The notes under the pieces were generated by a model. That model did not search any database and was not told the origin of the DNA. It saw only the letters and a program-made list of their open reading frames with translations. A DNA stretch of 64,000 nt, taken from the NCBI GenBank assembly GCA_963733035.1, contig CAVTBU010000005.1:1344001-1408000 (forward strand). The letters are read 5' to 3'. The stretch is from Pirellulales bacterium (GTDB lineage Bacteria; Planctomycetota; Planctomycetia; Pirellulales; PALSA-1355). Both the position numbers and the translations under genes were made by a program. Positions 54,748 through 64,000 of the stretch are shown here, one piece after another; the stretch's first letter is position 1; each line of letters opens with the position of its first letter.

Positions 54748-56925
54748 TTGAGTAACGCACGCCAGGACGCGATCGCGGCCGTCACCAACTACAAGTCAAA
54801 CGGGCAGGCTTTGAATTTCCGAGACACCACATCGGCCTCGATCTTCGCCGCCAACGTGTTTAGTGAAAAGTCGATGAAGGACCGCCTGCCCAAGAGCGTC
54901 TATAAGGCGCTGCAGCGGACCTGCCGGATGGGCGAGGCGCTCGACCCGACGTTGGCTGATGCCGTCGCTTCGGCCATGAAAGACTGGGCCATCGAAAAGG
55001 GGGCCACCCACTATGCTCATGTGTTTTATCCTTTGACCGGCTTGACGGCCGAAAAGCACGATAGCTTCTTGTCGCCGAGTGACGACGGCGGCGCCATGGC
55101 CGAGTTCTCGGGCAAGGAACTCATCCAGGGTGAACCAGACGCGTCGAGTTTTCCCTCGGGCGGTATCCGCGCCACGTTCGAAGCCCGCGGGTACACGGCC
55201 TGGGACCCAACCAGCCCCGCCTATATTCTTGAAAATCCGAACGGCACAACGCTTTGCATCCCAACGGCGTTTTGCTCGTGGACGGGCGAGGCGCTTGACA
55301 AGAAGACCCCTGTGCTCCGTTCAATGCAGGCCCTTAACAAACAAGCCCAACGGGTCCTGAAGCTATTTGGACACGAAAACGTCGGACCGATTACCGCGAG
55401 TGCTGGTCCGGAACAGGAATACTTCCTGATCGACCGCAATTTCTATTTTGCCCGGCCCGATATGGTCACTTGCGGTCGCACGCTCTACGGAACGAAGCCG
55501 CCCAAGGGCCAGGAGTTTGAAGATCACTATTTCGGCGCAATTCCCGAACGCGTGTTGGCCTGCATGCTCGAGACGGAGCGTGAACTCTATAAGCTCGGGG
55601 TTCCGGTAAAAACGCGGCATAACGAGGTCGCCCCCGCCCAGTACGAAGTCGCGCCGCTCTACGAAAACGCGAACGTCGCGACCGATCACCAACAGTTGAT
55701 CATGCAGACTCTGCAACGCGTGGCGCAAAAGTACGGGATGACCTGCCTGCTGCACGAAAAGCCTTTCGCAGGGATCAATGGTTCGGGCAAACATGTCAAC
55801 TGGTCGCTCGGCGGCTCAATCGGCAACCTATTGGAACCGGGCGAAAACCCGCACGACAATGCCCAGTTCCTCACGGTCTGTGCGGCGGTAATTCGTGCCG
55901 TACATTTGCATTCCGACTTGCTCCGACTGACGGTCGCCAGCAGTGGTAACGATCACCGGCTGGGCGCCAACGAAGCTCCACCGGCGATCATCTCGATCTT
56001 CCTCGGCGATCAACTTTTTGACGTCTTTGAGCAAATTGAGAAGGGGAGCGTCACCGGATCGAAGCACGCGGGAACGATGACAATCGGAGTCGACACGTTG
56101 CCGCCGCTTCCCAAGCACGCCGGCGACCGCAACCGCACCAGCCCGTTTGCCTTCACCGGAAACAAGTTCGAATTCCGGGCGGTTGGCTCGAGCCAGTCGA
56201 TCGCAGGTCCCTTGGTGGTGCTGAACACAATCGTGGCCGAGAGCCTCGACTACATCGCCACTGCACTGGAAAAAGAGACTGGAGGCGATCCAGCCAAGCT
56301 CAATGCCGCCGTTCAGAAGGTGGTGCAAGCCGTCATCAAGGAGCACAAGGGGGTGCTGTTCAATGGAGACAACTACTCCGAGGCCTGGCACAAGGAAGCC
56401 GAAGCCCGCGGTCTGCCGAACCTGAAGAACACGGTCGAAGCCCTGCCCGCATTGATCGCCCCCAAGAACATCGCGATGTTCGAAAAGTATGGTGTGCTCA
56501 GCTCGCGTGAAGTCCACAGTCGCTACGAAATCTACATGGAGCGGTACTGCAAGGACATCAACACCGAAAGCCACGCCGCACTGAGCATCGCCAAGACCAT
56601 GATCCTGCCGGCCGCTTACCGTTACCAGGGCGAACTGGCCTCGACGGCCGCTTCGCTGAAGGAGGCTCTCGGCGGGAATGTCGACACTGGCATGTTAAAA
56701 ACCGTTACCGGGTTGGTTGCCGACTTGGAAAAGTGCATTGGCGATTTGGAAAGTGCCATGGCGCACGAGGGTGCCGGCGATCTGGCCGCCGAAGCCAAGC
56801 ACTTCCAGTCGGAGGTCATCCCGGCGATGGGTGCGGTCCGGACCGTGGCCGACAAGCTCGAAACCGTCGTAGCCGATGATCTTTGGCCGCTGCCGACCTA
56901 TCGCGAGATGTTGTTTATTAAGTAG
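54748..56925 (+). CDS. Glutamine synthetase type III
   Basis: 725 aa; [56 protein letters not shown] start with AGGAG SD. Confidence 0.96.
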   Translation: MSNARQDAIAAVTNYKSNGQALNFRDTTSASIFAANVFSEKSMKDRLPKSVYKALQRTCRMGEALDPTLADAVASAMKDWAIEKGATHYAHVFYPLTGLTAEKHDSFLSPSDDGGAMAEFSGKELIQGEPDASSFPSGGIRATFEARGYTAWDPTSPAYILENPNGTTLCIPTAFCSWTGEALDKKTPVLRSMQALNKQAQRVLKLFGHENVGPITASAGPEQEYFLIDRNFYFARPDMVTCGRTLYGTKPPKGQEFEDHYFGAIPERVLACMLETERELYKLGVPVKTRHNEVAPAQYEVAPLYENANVATDHQQLIMQTLQRVAQKYGMTCLLHEKPFAGINGSGKHVNWSLGGSIGNLLEPGENPHDNAQFLTVCAAVIRAVHLHSDLLRLTVASSGNDHRLGANEAPPAIISIFLGDQLFDVFEQIEKGSVTGSKHAGTMTIGVDTLPPLPKHAGDRNRTSPFAFTGNKFEFRAVGSSQSIAGPLVVLNTIVAESLDYIATALEKETGGDPAKLNAAVQKVVQAVIKEHKGVLFNGDNYSEAWHKEAEARGLPNLKNTVEALPALIAPKNIAMFEKYGVLSSREVHSRYEIYMERYCKDINTESHAALSIAKTMILPAAYRYQGELASTAASLKEALGGNVDTGMLKTVTGLVADLEKCIGDLESAMAHEGAGDLAAEAKHFQSEVIPAMGAVRTVADKLETVVADDLWPLPTYREMLFIK

Positions 56926-56962
56926 TTGCCATCGGACAAACTGCCATTCAAGGCAGCCATTT

Positions 56963-57003
56963 CACGCCCCACGCCGCTTCGAAGCGGCGTGGGGTGTTTT
57001 TTG
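56963..57003 (+). terminator. Intrinsic terminator
   Basis: CGCCCCACGCCGCT-tcga-AGCGGCGTGGGGTG followed by TTTTTT. Confidence 0.82.
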
Positions 57004-57219
57004 TGATGTGCTTCGGGCCACAACTCGGCGCGTCGGCACGGGTCTCGCCAACTCGGCCGGTTGGCGCGCTCTCGCATACGACACAGTTGACGGCTTTGCC
57101 AAGCGCCCTTTTCGCTCTTCCGCCCGGCGTGTTGCATCGCGCCGACGATTCTCTATGATGACGGCGGATATCGGGTCCCGAGGGCGGGCACGTTCAACTC
57201 TGGCGGAAAGGGAATCGTT

Positions 57220-58632
57220 ATGAAGCCAAAAGAAGTGTTGGCGTTGTGTCGTGAGAAAGACGTCAAGGCAGTCGATCTGCGGTTCATGGATTTTCCGGGT
57301 CTGTGGCAACACTTCACGATCCCGGTCAGCAAGCTCGAAGAGGAAATCTTCGAGAACGGCCTGGGCTTCGACGGGTCGAGCATCCGCGGCTGGCAGGCCA
57401 TCAACGAGAGCGACATGCTGGTGGTCCCCCAACCCGAAACGGCCTTTCTCGATCCGTTCACCGAGTTGCCCACGCTGGTGATGATCTGCAATATTCAGGA
57501 CCCGATCACCCGCGAAGATTATAGCCGCGACCCCCGCAACGTGGCCCGCAAAGCGGTCAACTACCTGAAGAGTTCCGGCATCGCGGATACGTGCTTCATT
57601 GGTCCCGAGGCCGAGTTCTTCATTTTTGACGATGTCCGCTTCGACGCCCGCTCTAACGAAGCCTACTATCACGTGGACAGCGTCGAGGGAGAATGGAACC
57701 GCGGCCGGGTGGAAAGCCCGAACCTGGGTTATAAGCTGCGGTACAAGGAAGGATACTTCCCGGTCCCGCCGTCGGATCAGATGATGAACCTCCGCAACGA
57801 GATGATGCAGACCATGATCGATTGCGGTCTGGACGTCGAAGCCCAGCATCATGAAGTGGCCACCGGCGGCCAGAGCGAGATCGACCTGCGGTTCAATGAT
57901 CTGGTGCGGATGGCCGACCAGATGATGATCTACAAGTACATCATTAAGAACGTTGCGGCGCGGCACAACAAGACGGTCACGTTCATGCCCAAGCCGCTTT
58001 ATGCCGACAACGGATCTGGCATGCACACCCATATCTCGCTGTGGAAAGGGGGCAACCCGCTGTTTGCCGGCAGTGGATACGCCGGACTGAGCGAAATGGC
58101 CATGCATGGCATTGGCGGTCTGCTACGTCATGCGCCCGCGATCCTGGCATTCAGCAACCCGACAACCAACAGCTATAAGCGCCTGGTGCCGGGCTACGAG
58201 GCGCCTGTCAACCTAGCCTACTCGCAGCGAAATCGCTCCGCCAGCTGTCGCATTCCGATGTACAGCCCCAGCCCCAAGGCCAAACGGGTGGAGTTCCGCT
58301 GTCCCGATCCGAGTTGCAATCCGTACCTGGCTTTCTCCGCGATGCTGATGGCCGTGATCGACGGCATTCAGAACAAGATCAACCCCGGCGATCCGCTCGA
58401 CAAGGACATTTATGACCTGGCGCCAGAGGAACTGGCCGAAGTACCCAAGACGCCCGGCTCGCTCGAAGATGCGCTGGCCTCTCTGCGTGCCGATCACGAA
58501 TTCTTGCTCCGCGGCGACGTGTTCACGCCCGACGTGATCGACACCTGGATTTGGTACAAGACCGAAAAGGAAGTCGATGCGTTGCGTCTGCGGCCGCATC
58601 CGTACGAATTCTGCATGTACTACGACATCTAA
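57220..58632 (+). CDS. glnA: Glutamine synthetase type I
   Basis: [40 protein letters not shown] adenylylation-site Tyr. Confidence 0.97.
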   Translation: MKPKEVLALCREKDVKAVDLRFMDFPGLWQHFTIPVSKLEEEIFENGLGFDGSSIRGWQAINESDMLVVPQPETAFLDPFTELPTLVMICNIQDPITREDYSRDPRNVARKAVNYLKSSGIADTCFIGPEAEFFIFDDVRFDARSNEAYYHVDSVEGEWNRGRVESPNLGYKLRYKEGYFPVPPSDQMMNLRNEMMQTMIDCGLDVEAQHHEVATGGQSEIDLRFNDLVRMADQMMIYKYIIKNVAARHNKTVTFMPKPLYADNGSGMHTHISLWKGGNPLFAGSGYAGLSEMAMHGIGGLLRHAPAILAFSNPTTNSYKRLVPGYEAPVNLAYSQRNRSASCRIPMYSPSPKAKRVEFRCPDPSCNPYLAFSAMLMAVIDGIQNKINPGDPLDKDIYDLAPEELAEVPKTPGSLEDALASLRADHEFLLRGDVFTPDVIDTWIWYKTEKEVDALRLRPHPYEFCMYYDI

Positions 58633-58747
58633 ACGCGAATAACGGCCCGGGCGAGATGGATCAACGGGGCGCTGCGAATCATTCGGCGGTGCGCCGGCGA
58701 TCCCGTGCCCGGAACGAACTCCGCTCTCCTCATCCTTGGGAATTCAA

Positions 58748-59474
58748 ATGGCTCTCTCCCCCGAAACCCTGAAAAAGCTTGGCCAGTTCGATACGCCCAC
58801 CATCTGCAACGTCATCGAATTGTTTGACGTGCGGCCGCGAACCGCGGGCTACATGAATTCCACGATTAAAGCCGCTTTTCCCGAGATGCCGCCAATGGTT
58901 GGTTTCGCCTGTACGGCGGCCTTTCGCAGCAGCGCCGCCCGCCGGGGGAGATGCCTACGGATCAATGGAGCAGCAGGTCGAACTGTTTGGCAGGCTCGAG
59001 GGTCCGGCGGTGGTCGTGTTTCAAGACATCGACGATTCCCCCGTGGCCGCCACGTTTGGCGAAGTCATGTGCTCCACGTACAAGGGCTTCGGCTCCACCG
59101 GCCTGATTACCTCCGGCGGTGGGCGCGACTTGCTGCAGGTGCAGGCGATTAGCTACCCGGTGTTCACGGGCTCGACGATCTGCTCGCACGGTTATTGTCA
59201 CATTTTGCACGTGGGCATGCCGGTGCATGTGGGCGGTCTACCGGTTAGCACGGGCGACCTGCTGCACGGCGACGCGAATGGCGTGACGAACATTCCCGTC
59301 GACATTGCATCCGAGATTGCCGACATAACGCAGGAATTTGTCGATGCCGAAAAGATCGTCCTCGACTACGTCAACGGCAGCGGTTCTAAGACCGCCGCTG
59401 GCTTGGCTGCGGCCCGAAAGGAATATGGCGTGGTCGTGGCGAAGCTGACCGAGCGAATCCATCAGAAGAAGTAA
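58748..59474 (+). CDS. RraA/HMG-aldolase family protein; frameshift near 58932
   Basis: [36 protein letters not shown]. Confidence 0.85.
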
Positions 59475-59573
59475 CCCATTCGAGGATCGCACCGATCGTA
59501 ACGCAAGCCCAGGGAGTACATTCCCTGGAGTTCAGATGTGTCCGATCGCGTGCAAGTCGGCTATTTACTTGAT

Positions 59574-59882
59574 TTACTTCTTGACGGTTCGGCCAAGTTG
59601 CTTCTCGACGCTGGCTACTTTGGCGTCCAGCGCTCGGGGATGTCCCTTGCGCACGTCAATTTTTGCCGATACCGAAACGCGGTCGCAGTCCGCCATCATG
59701 GTGTTGATACATTCCTTGAGTACGTCGAGCAACTGATCGATGTCACCTTCCACGACCGTTCCCATCGCGTGCAGTTGGTAGTCGAGACCGCTCTTGTCGA
59801 TGACGTCAACGGCTTTGGCGACGAATTGACTCACGCTTTCGCCGGCACCCAGCGGCGTGATACTGAATTCCAAGAGTGCCAT
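59574..59882 (-). CDS. MTH1187-family thiamine-binding protein
   Basis: GGAGG SD; MALLEFSITPLGAGESVS, YQLHAMGTVVEG, KIDVR. Confidence 0.9.
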   Translation of the reverse strand: MALLEFSITPLGAGESVSQFVAKAVDVIDKSGLDYQLHAMGTVVEGDIDQLLDVLKECINTMMADCDRVSVSAKIDVRKGHPRALDAKVASVEKQLGRTVKK

Positions 59883-59990
59883 CGCCCTGTCCTCCTTCAT
59901 GAATTCACTCAAAGAAAAAGCGGTGCCAACAGCCATGGTACACCCGGCTCCTGGCACCGCGATATTCTAACAATTTCGCTTTCGTCCGCG

Positions 59991-60899
59991 TTATTCAATG
60001 CCCTTTTGCATCTTGAGCCAGGCCACCATGCACTTGGTCACTTTTTCGGCTGCGTCCTGCTGCACGAAGTGGCCGGCCTGGGGAATCGTCACCAAGGTCA
60101 AATCCTCGTCAAGCCAATTCCAGGTGTCGTTCAGCGCTCCGGGCAACAGCGCCTCGTCCTTCAAACCATGGAACATCAGCACCGGGCATTTGACCGGCGG
60201 GAACTTCTGCTCTTCGTCGTACTCGTATGGCTCCTTGGGATAGTTGGCCTTGTAGTAGTTGAGCATGCCCTCCATGCTCGACCGCTGGAACGCTTCCAGG
60301 TACTTCTTCTTGGCTTCCGGATCCTTCACCCAAAACGTGAGCATGAAGGGCTGCATCTTCGAGGCCGCGTCGGGCTTTTGAAAGTTACGGGCATACGATG
60401 AGTTCTGCTGCTGCTTCGGGTTATTGGCCAGTTCGCGAGTTAGTCCCTTGGGATGCGGCAAATTGAGAATGATCAGTTTGTCGGTCTTGTCAGGGTGGGT
60501 CATCGCGTAGGTCCAAGCCACCATGCCGCCCCAATCGTGCCCCACGATGATTGCTTTGTCCGCTTTGAAATGGTTGACCACCGCATCGACATCGGCCACG
60601 AGCTTGGGCATGGCGTAGCTCTCCACGCCCTCCGGCTTGTCGCTCAGGTTGTAGCCCCGTTGATCGATGGCCACGACCTGAAAGTTCTTGGCCAACTCCG
60701 GCATTTGCTCCCGCCAGGTGTACCAGAAATCGGGAAACCCATGAATCAGCACCACGAGCGGCCCCTTGCCGGCCGTGACGTAGTGAATTTTGACTCCCTC
60801 GGAGTCGGCGTAGCCTTCCTCGCCCAAGTCCTCGGCGCTGCTGGCTTGGACCGAGCAGGCAAACATCACCAACAGAGTGAATGCCAGAATTTTGAACAT
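59991..60899 (-). CDS. Secreted alpha/beta hydrolase (epoxide hydrolase-like)
   Basis: HGFPD, DQRGYN, GHDWGG, GHFVQQ; signal peptide. Confidence 0.93.
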   Translation of the reverse strand: MFKILAFTLLVMFACSVQASSAEDLGEEGYADSEGVKIHYVTAGKGPLVVLIHGFPDFWYTWREQMPELAKNFQVVAIDQRGYNLSDKPEGVESYAMPKLVADVDAVVNHFKADKAIIVGHDWGGMVAWTYAMTHPDKTDKLIILNLPHPKGLTRELANNPKQQQNSSYARNFQKPDAASKMQPFMLTFWVKDPEAKKKYLEAFQRSSMEGMLNYYKANYPKEPYEYDEEQKFPPVKCPVLMFHGLKDEALLPGALNDTWNWLDEDLTLVTIPQAGHFVQQDAAEKVTKCMVAWLKMQKGIE

Positions 60900-61179
60900 A
60901 CGAATCGCTCCTAGCTAGCAGTCAGAAGATGCCTTCGGCAAGTGTGGTTGCTCGTCAAGCTATCCGCTGGAACCGGTCCAGGCAAGTTTTGGCCAAATAA
61001 AGCTAGTTCAGGACTGGAGTTTCTGGGTTCCGACAAGTCCGGTCGGCATACCCGCCGAGTTGACCTTCCAGCATTGAGACCGGTTTTGTACTACACGAAT
61101 ATTCGGCCCTGACGGTGGGGGCCCGAGACCTCCGCCGTGGACCGGTGCACCGCCCAATTGACCTCAACTCAACTTGATT

Positions 61180-62428
61180 ATGCAGACCATCACGACCCTG
61201 GCCGAACTCGACGCAAAGGTGGCCGAGTGTGAAGACGCGCGACAGGTTTCGGACGACGCCCTACGACGCGTATTTCGCAGCTTTCGCATGGATCCACCGG
61301 CGGATATGCCGCGACACCCGTTCAGCGAAGAATACTCGCGCTATCAGCTGGCCCTGTACCACCGGCTCGCGGGCAAGCCATACGATGTCCGCAATGAGGT
61401 CACGTCGCTGGAGGTCGAAGAGGCCGCCAAGTGTCCGTTTCCGTATAACACCGGCGGCACCGTAACGACCGCCGATCAATACACTGCCATCGGCGCTCTG
61501 CTGCGGCGACTGGATTTGGCGCCAGGCGCGCGTGTCCTCGAGTTCGGACCTGGCTGGGGCAATACGACGCTGGCACTTGCTCTGTTGGGCTTCCAGGTCA
61601 CGGCCATCGACATCGAAAAGCGGTTCTGCGACCTTGTTCAGAAGCGCCAAAATGCACGGCGTTTCGGTCGAGACAATTCATGCCGACTTCCAATGGGTCG
61701 AGCAAGTCGAACGGCCCTACGACGCGGCGATCTTCTTTGAATGCTTCCACCACTCGGCGGATCACCGCCGGCTACTCCGATCACTTCGCCAAGCCGTTAA
61801 GCCCGACGGGCGCATTCTTTTCGGTGGTGAACCCATCAGTTCGGATTTTCCCGTCCCTTGGGGATTGAGGATGGACGGGCAATCGTTGTGGTCGATCCGC
61901 AAACACGGCTGGTTCGAACTCGGATTCAATGACCGCTACTTTGTGGAAGTTCTTGCTGCCGAAGGTTGGCTCGCGACAAAATACGCCTCGGGCGACACGC
62001 CGGTTGCCGATGTTTGGGTGGCGCGCCGATACCGCGGCGAGCCGTTTGTGTTCTCCGCCACCGACGGCCGCATCATCGTGCCGTCAGAAATGCGAGATTC
62101 TGCCGGCATCGCGTTGCAGAATCTCGCGGAGCAATGGGGATTTTTCGGACCCTACATCACATTGCCCGCCGGAAAGTGGCTAGCACGAGTCGTGCTTCAA
62201 CAAAATAGCCCCCGCGAGGGCCGTGGAACGCTAGACGTCTGCGCCGGCGCGGACCATCAGGTGCTTGCCAGCCAGCAATTCGAACTTGGCGAGCTCGCAC
62301 CGGATAAACACAATCTGGAAATCGAGGTCTCGTTGGAGCGTGCCGTGTCGGACGTCGAGGTCCGCTTCCATTGCGAAACCGCCGTCTGCTTGGCCGTGAC
62401 CCGCATTGAGCTGACGCCGCGGGTATAA
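61180..62428 (+). CDS. Class I SAM methyltransferase with C-terminal beta-sandwich domain; frameshift near 61647
   Basis: VLEFGPGWG, FFECFHH, GEPI; C-terminal FGPYITLPAGKW. Confidence 0.83.
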
Positions 62429-62531
62429 GTTTGCCGCGGCCAGGTGTGCTCGATTCTCCGTCCGGGTTGTCTGCGACCCCGTCAAACGATAAGACTATCG
62501 TTTCATCACCGGCGGCCAACGATTGAATCAG

Positions 62532-63179
62532 ATGTCCAAACTCCTACACGACCACCGCGTTTTCTGGCGGCAATTTCGCGAAAACTACCACACCACTGGC
62601 GCCATCGCCCCCAGCAGCCGGTTCCTGGGCCAGGCTCTGGCACGCTACGTTGGCAGCGAACCATCTCAGCCGCAGAAAGTTCTCGAAGTCGGGCCTGGCA
62701 CCGGGTCGGTCACCGCGCACATCGTGCGACGTTTGGGGCCATACGACACCCTCGATCTAGTCGAACTCAACGAACAGTTCGTCCGCCGTCTCGACGAGCG
62801 TTTTGCCAGCGAACCAGCCTTTTGCAAGGTTGCCGACCGCTCGCGCGTTCTCCACCAGCGATTGGAGTCGCTGGGCCGCTCGGCGGACTACGACGTGATC
62901 GTCTCGGGGCTGCCTCTCAACAACTTTCAAGTGGCCGACGTCCAGCAAATTCTCGAGTCCTTCCGCGAACTGTTGCGTCCTGGGGGCGTACTTTCGTTTT
63001 TCGAGTATGTCGCAATTCGAAAGGCGCGAGCGCTGGTAAGCGGACCACGGGAACGGGTCCGTCTGAAGGGCATTGCTCGGGCACTTCACGACATCCTTGG
63101 GGCCTACGAAATTAAGCGGGACTGCGTGTGGGCGAACATCCCTCCGGCGTGGGTTCACCATGTGCGTATTCCGGCCTGA
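62532..63179 (+). CDS. PmtA-like lipid N-methyltransferase
   Basis: TGAIAPSS, VLEVGPGTG, IVSGLP, NIPPAWV. Confidence 0.88.
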   Translation: MSKLLHDHRVFWRQFRENYHTTGAIAPSSRFLGQALARYVGSEPSQPQKVLEVGPGTGSVTAHIVRRLGPYDTLDLVELNEQFVRRLDERFASEPAFCKVADRSRVLHQRLESLGRSADYDVIVSGLPLNNFQVADVQQILESFRELLRPGGVLSFFEYVAIRKARALVSGPRERVRLKGIARALHDILGAYEIKRDCVWANIPPAWVHHVRIPA

Positions 63180-63384
63180 AACTTCCCGGCGGTCCCGGGA
63201 TGTCCCAGTTGGCGCCACGCGCCGTTGCGGCTCGGCAGGCATCGGCCTGGCGAACCGTTATTGCCGCTTGCGCAAGCCCTGCCTATACTAGACTTTGGGT
63301 AAGCGGCGCCGATGCGCAAGTTCGTTCGCCTGCCTTCCCGCCGAATCGCTCCCACCCGACTCCAGCCCCTTCGGAGGCCCTGCG

Positions 63385-64000
63385 ATGGAACGTCGCCGTT
63401 GGCACTGCATCTGGCTTTTGCTTCTGGTGTCCCTCATCACGCGTGGGGGGGTTTTGCGTGCCGAGGAGTCCAAACCGCCCACCGCTGTCGACAGGAAGGC
63501 GGAGAGCGACTTCGAGCTCTATCAGATCTTTGCCGATACGCTCGATCAGATCGAACGCAACTACGTCAAGGATGTCAGCCGCCGAGAGCTGATGGAAGCC
63601 GCGATCCAGGGAGTGTTGGAAAAGCTCGATCCCTATTCAAACTACATCAGCCCCGACGATATCGGCCGTTTCAAGTCGAGCGTCGAACACCAGTTCGGCG
63701 GCATCGGAATTCAGATCGGTATTGAAGATGGTCAATTGAAGGTAATCAGCCCGCTGTTGGGCACACCGGCATATCGGGCGGGCCTCGAGTCGGGCGACGC
63801 AATTCTCGAAGTTGACGGTAAGAGTACCGAGGGTATTCAGATCGATGAAGCGGTCAAGCAGCTCAAAGGCGATGCGGGCACCAAGGTTACGCTGACAATT
63901 CGGCACGCGGGCTCGCGCGAAAAGGAGACGATCACGGTTGCTCGCGAGGTCGTCCATGTCGACACTGTGCTGGGTGATACCCGCAAGAGTGACGACAGCT
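63385..64000 (+). CDS. S41 C-terminal processing protease (3' truncated; absent from ORF track)
   Basis: GGAGG SD; MERRRWHCIWLLLLVSL signal; FADTLDQIERNYV, LDPYSNY, FGGIGIQI, PAYRAGL PDZ. Confidence 0.9.
   Translation, partial: MERRRWHCIWLLLLVSLITRGGVLRAEESKPPTAVDRKAESDFELYQIFADTLDQIERNYVKDVSRRELMEAAIQGVLEKLDPYSNYISPDDIGRFKSSVEHQFGGIGIQIGIEDGQLKVISPLLGTPAYRAGLESGDAILEVDGKSTEGIQIDEAVKQLKGDAGTKVTLTIRHAGSREKETITVAREVVHVDTVLGDTRKSDDS

Noticed and set aside
57061..57077. Sigma54 promoter TTGGCGCGCTCTCGCA before glnA
   Set aside because: GG-to-GC spacing is 9 nt, not the required 10

Overview
High-GC bacterial DNA, almost certainly from a planctomycete (Pirellulales-like), judged from DUF1559, DUF1501, DUF1549/DUF1553, planctomycete cytochrome c-WD40 and LE-x-R-x-(L/M)L extracellular proteins. 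About 55 CDS. They include the end of a glycan-modification operon, csrA, nucleotide-sugar enzymes, tadA, two DUF1501-type modules, holB, three tandem hsp20 genes behind a sigma54-like promoter, an arsenic locus, rsmG, sulfate assimilation (sat, cysH, Rrf2), rhamnulokinase, two S41 proteases, an MMPL protein and tandem glutamine synthetases (type III and type I). The best candidate for a new system is 29-36 kb. There, DUF1559, a PhyH Fe/2OG dioxygenase and an ArsI-like C-As lyase fused to a truncated methyltransferase-like domain sit behind a 28-bp palindrome and directly upstream of arsR-arsC-arsM, with no arsenite efflux pump. About 13 single-site frameshifts, mostly in GCGC/CGCG contexts, are most likely sequencing errors. 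No rRNA, tRNA, CRISPR array or transposase was recognised. All family assignments come from motif recognition by eye, not database searches.
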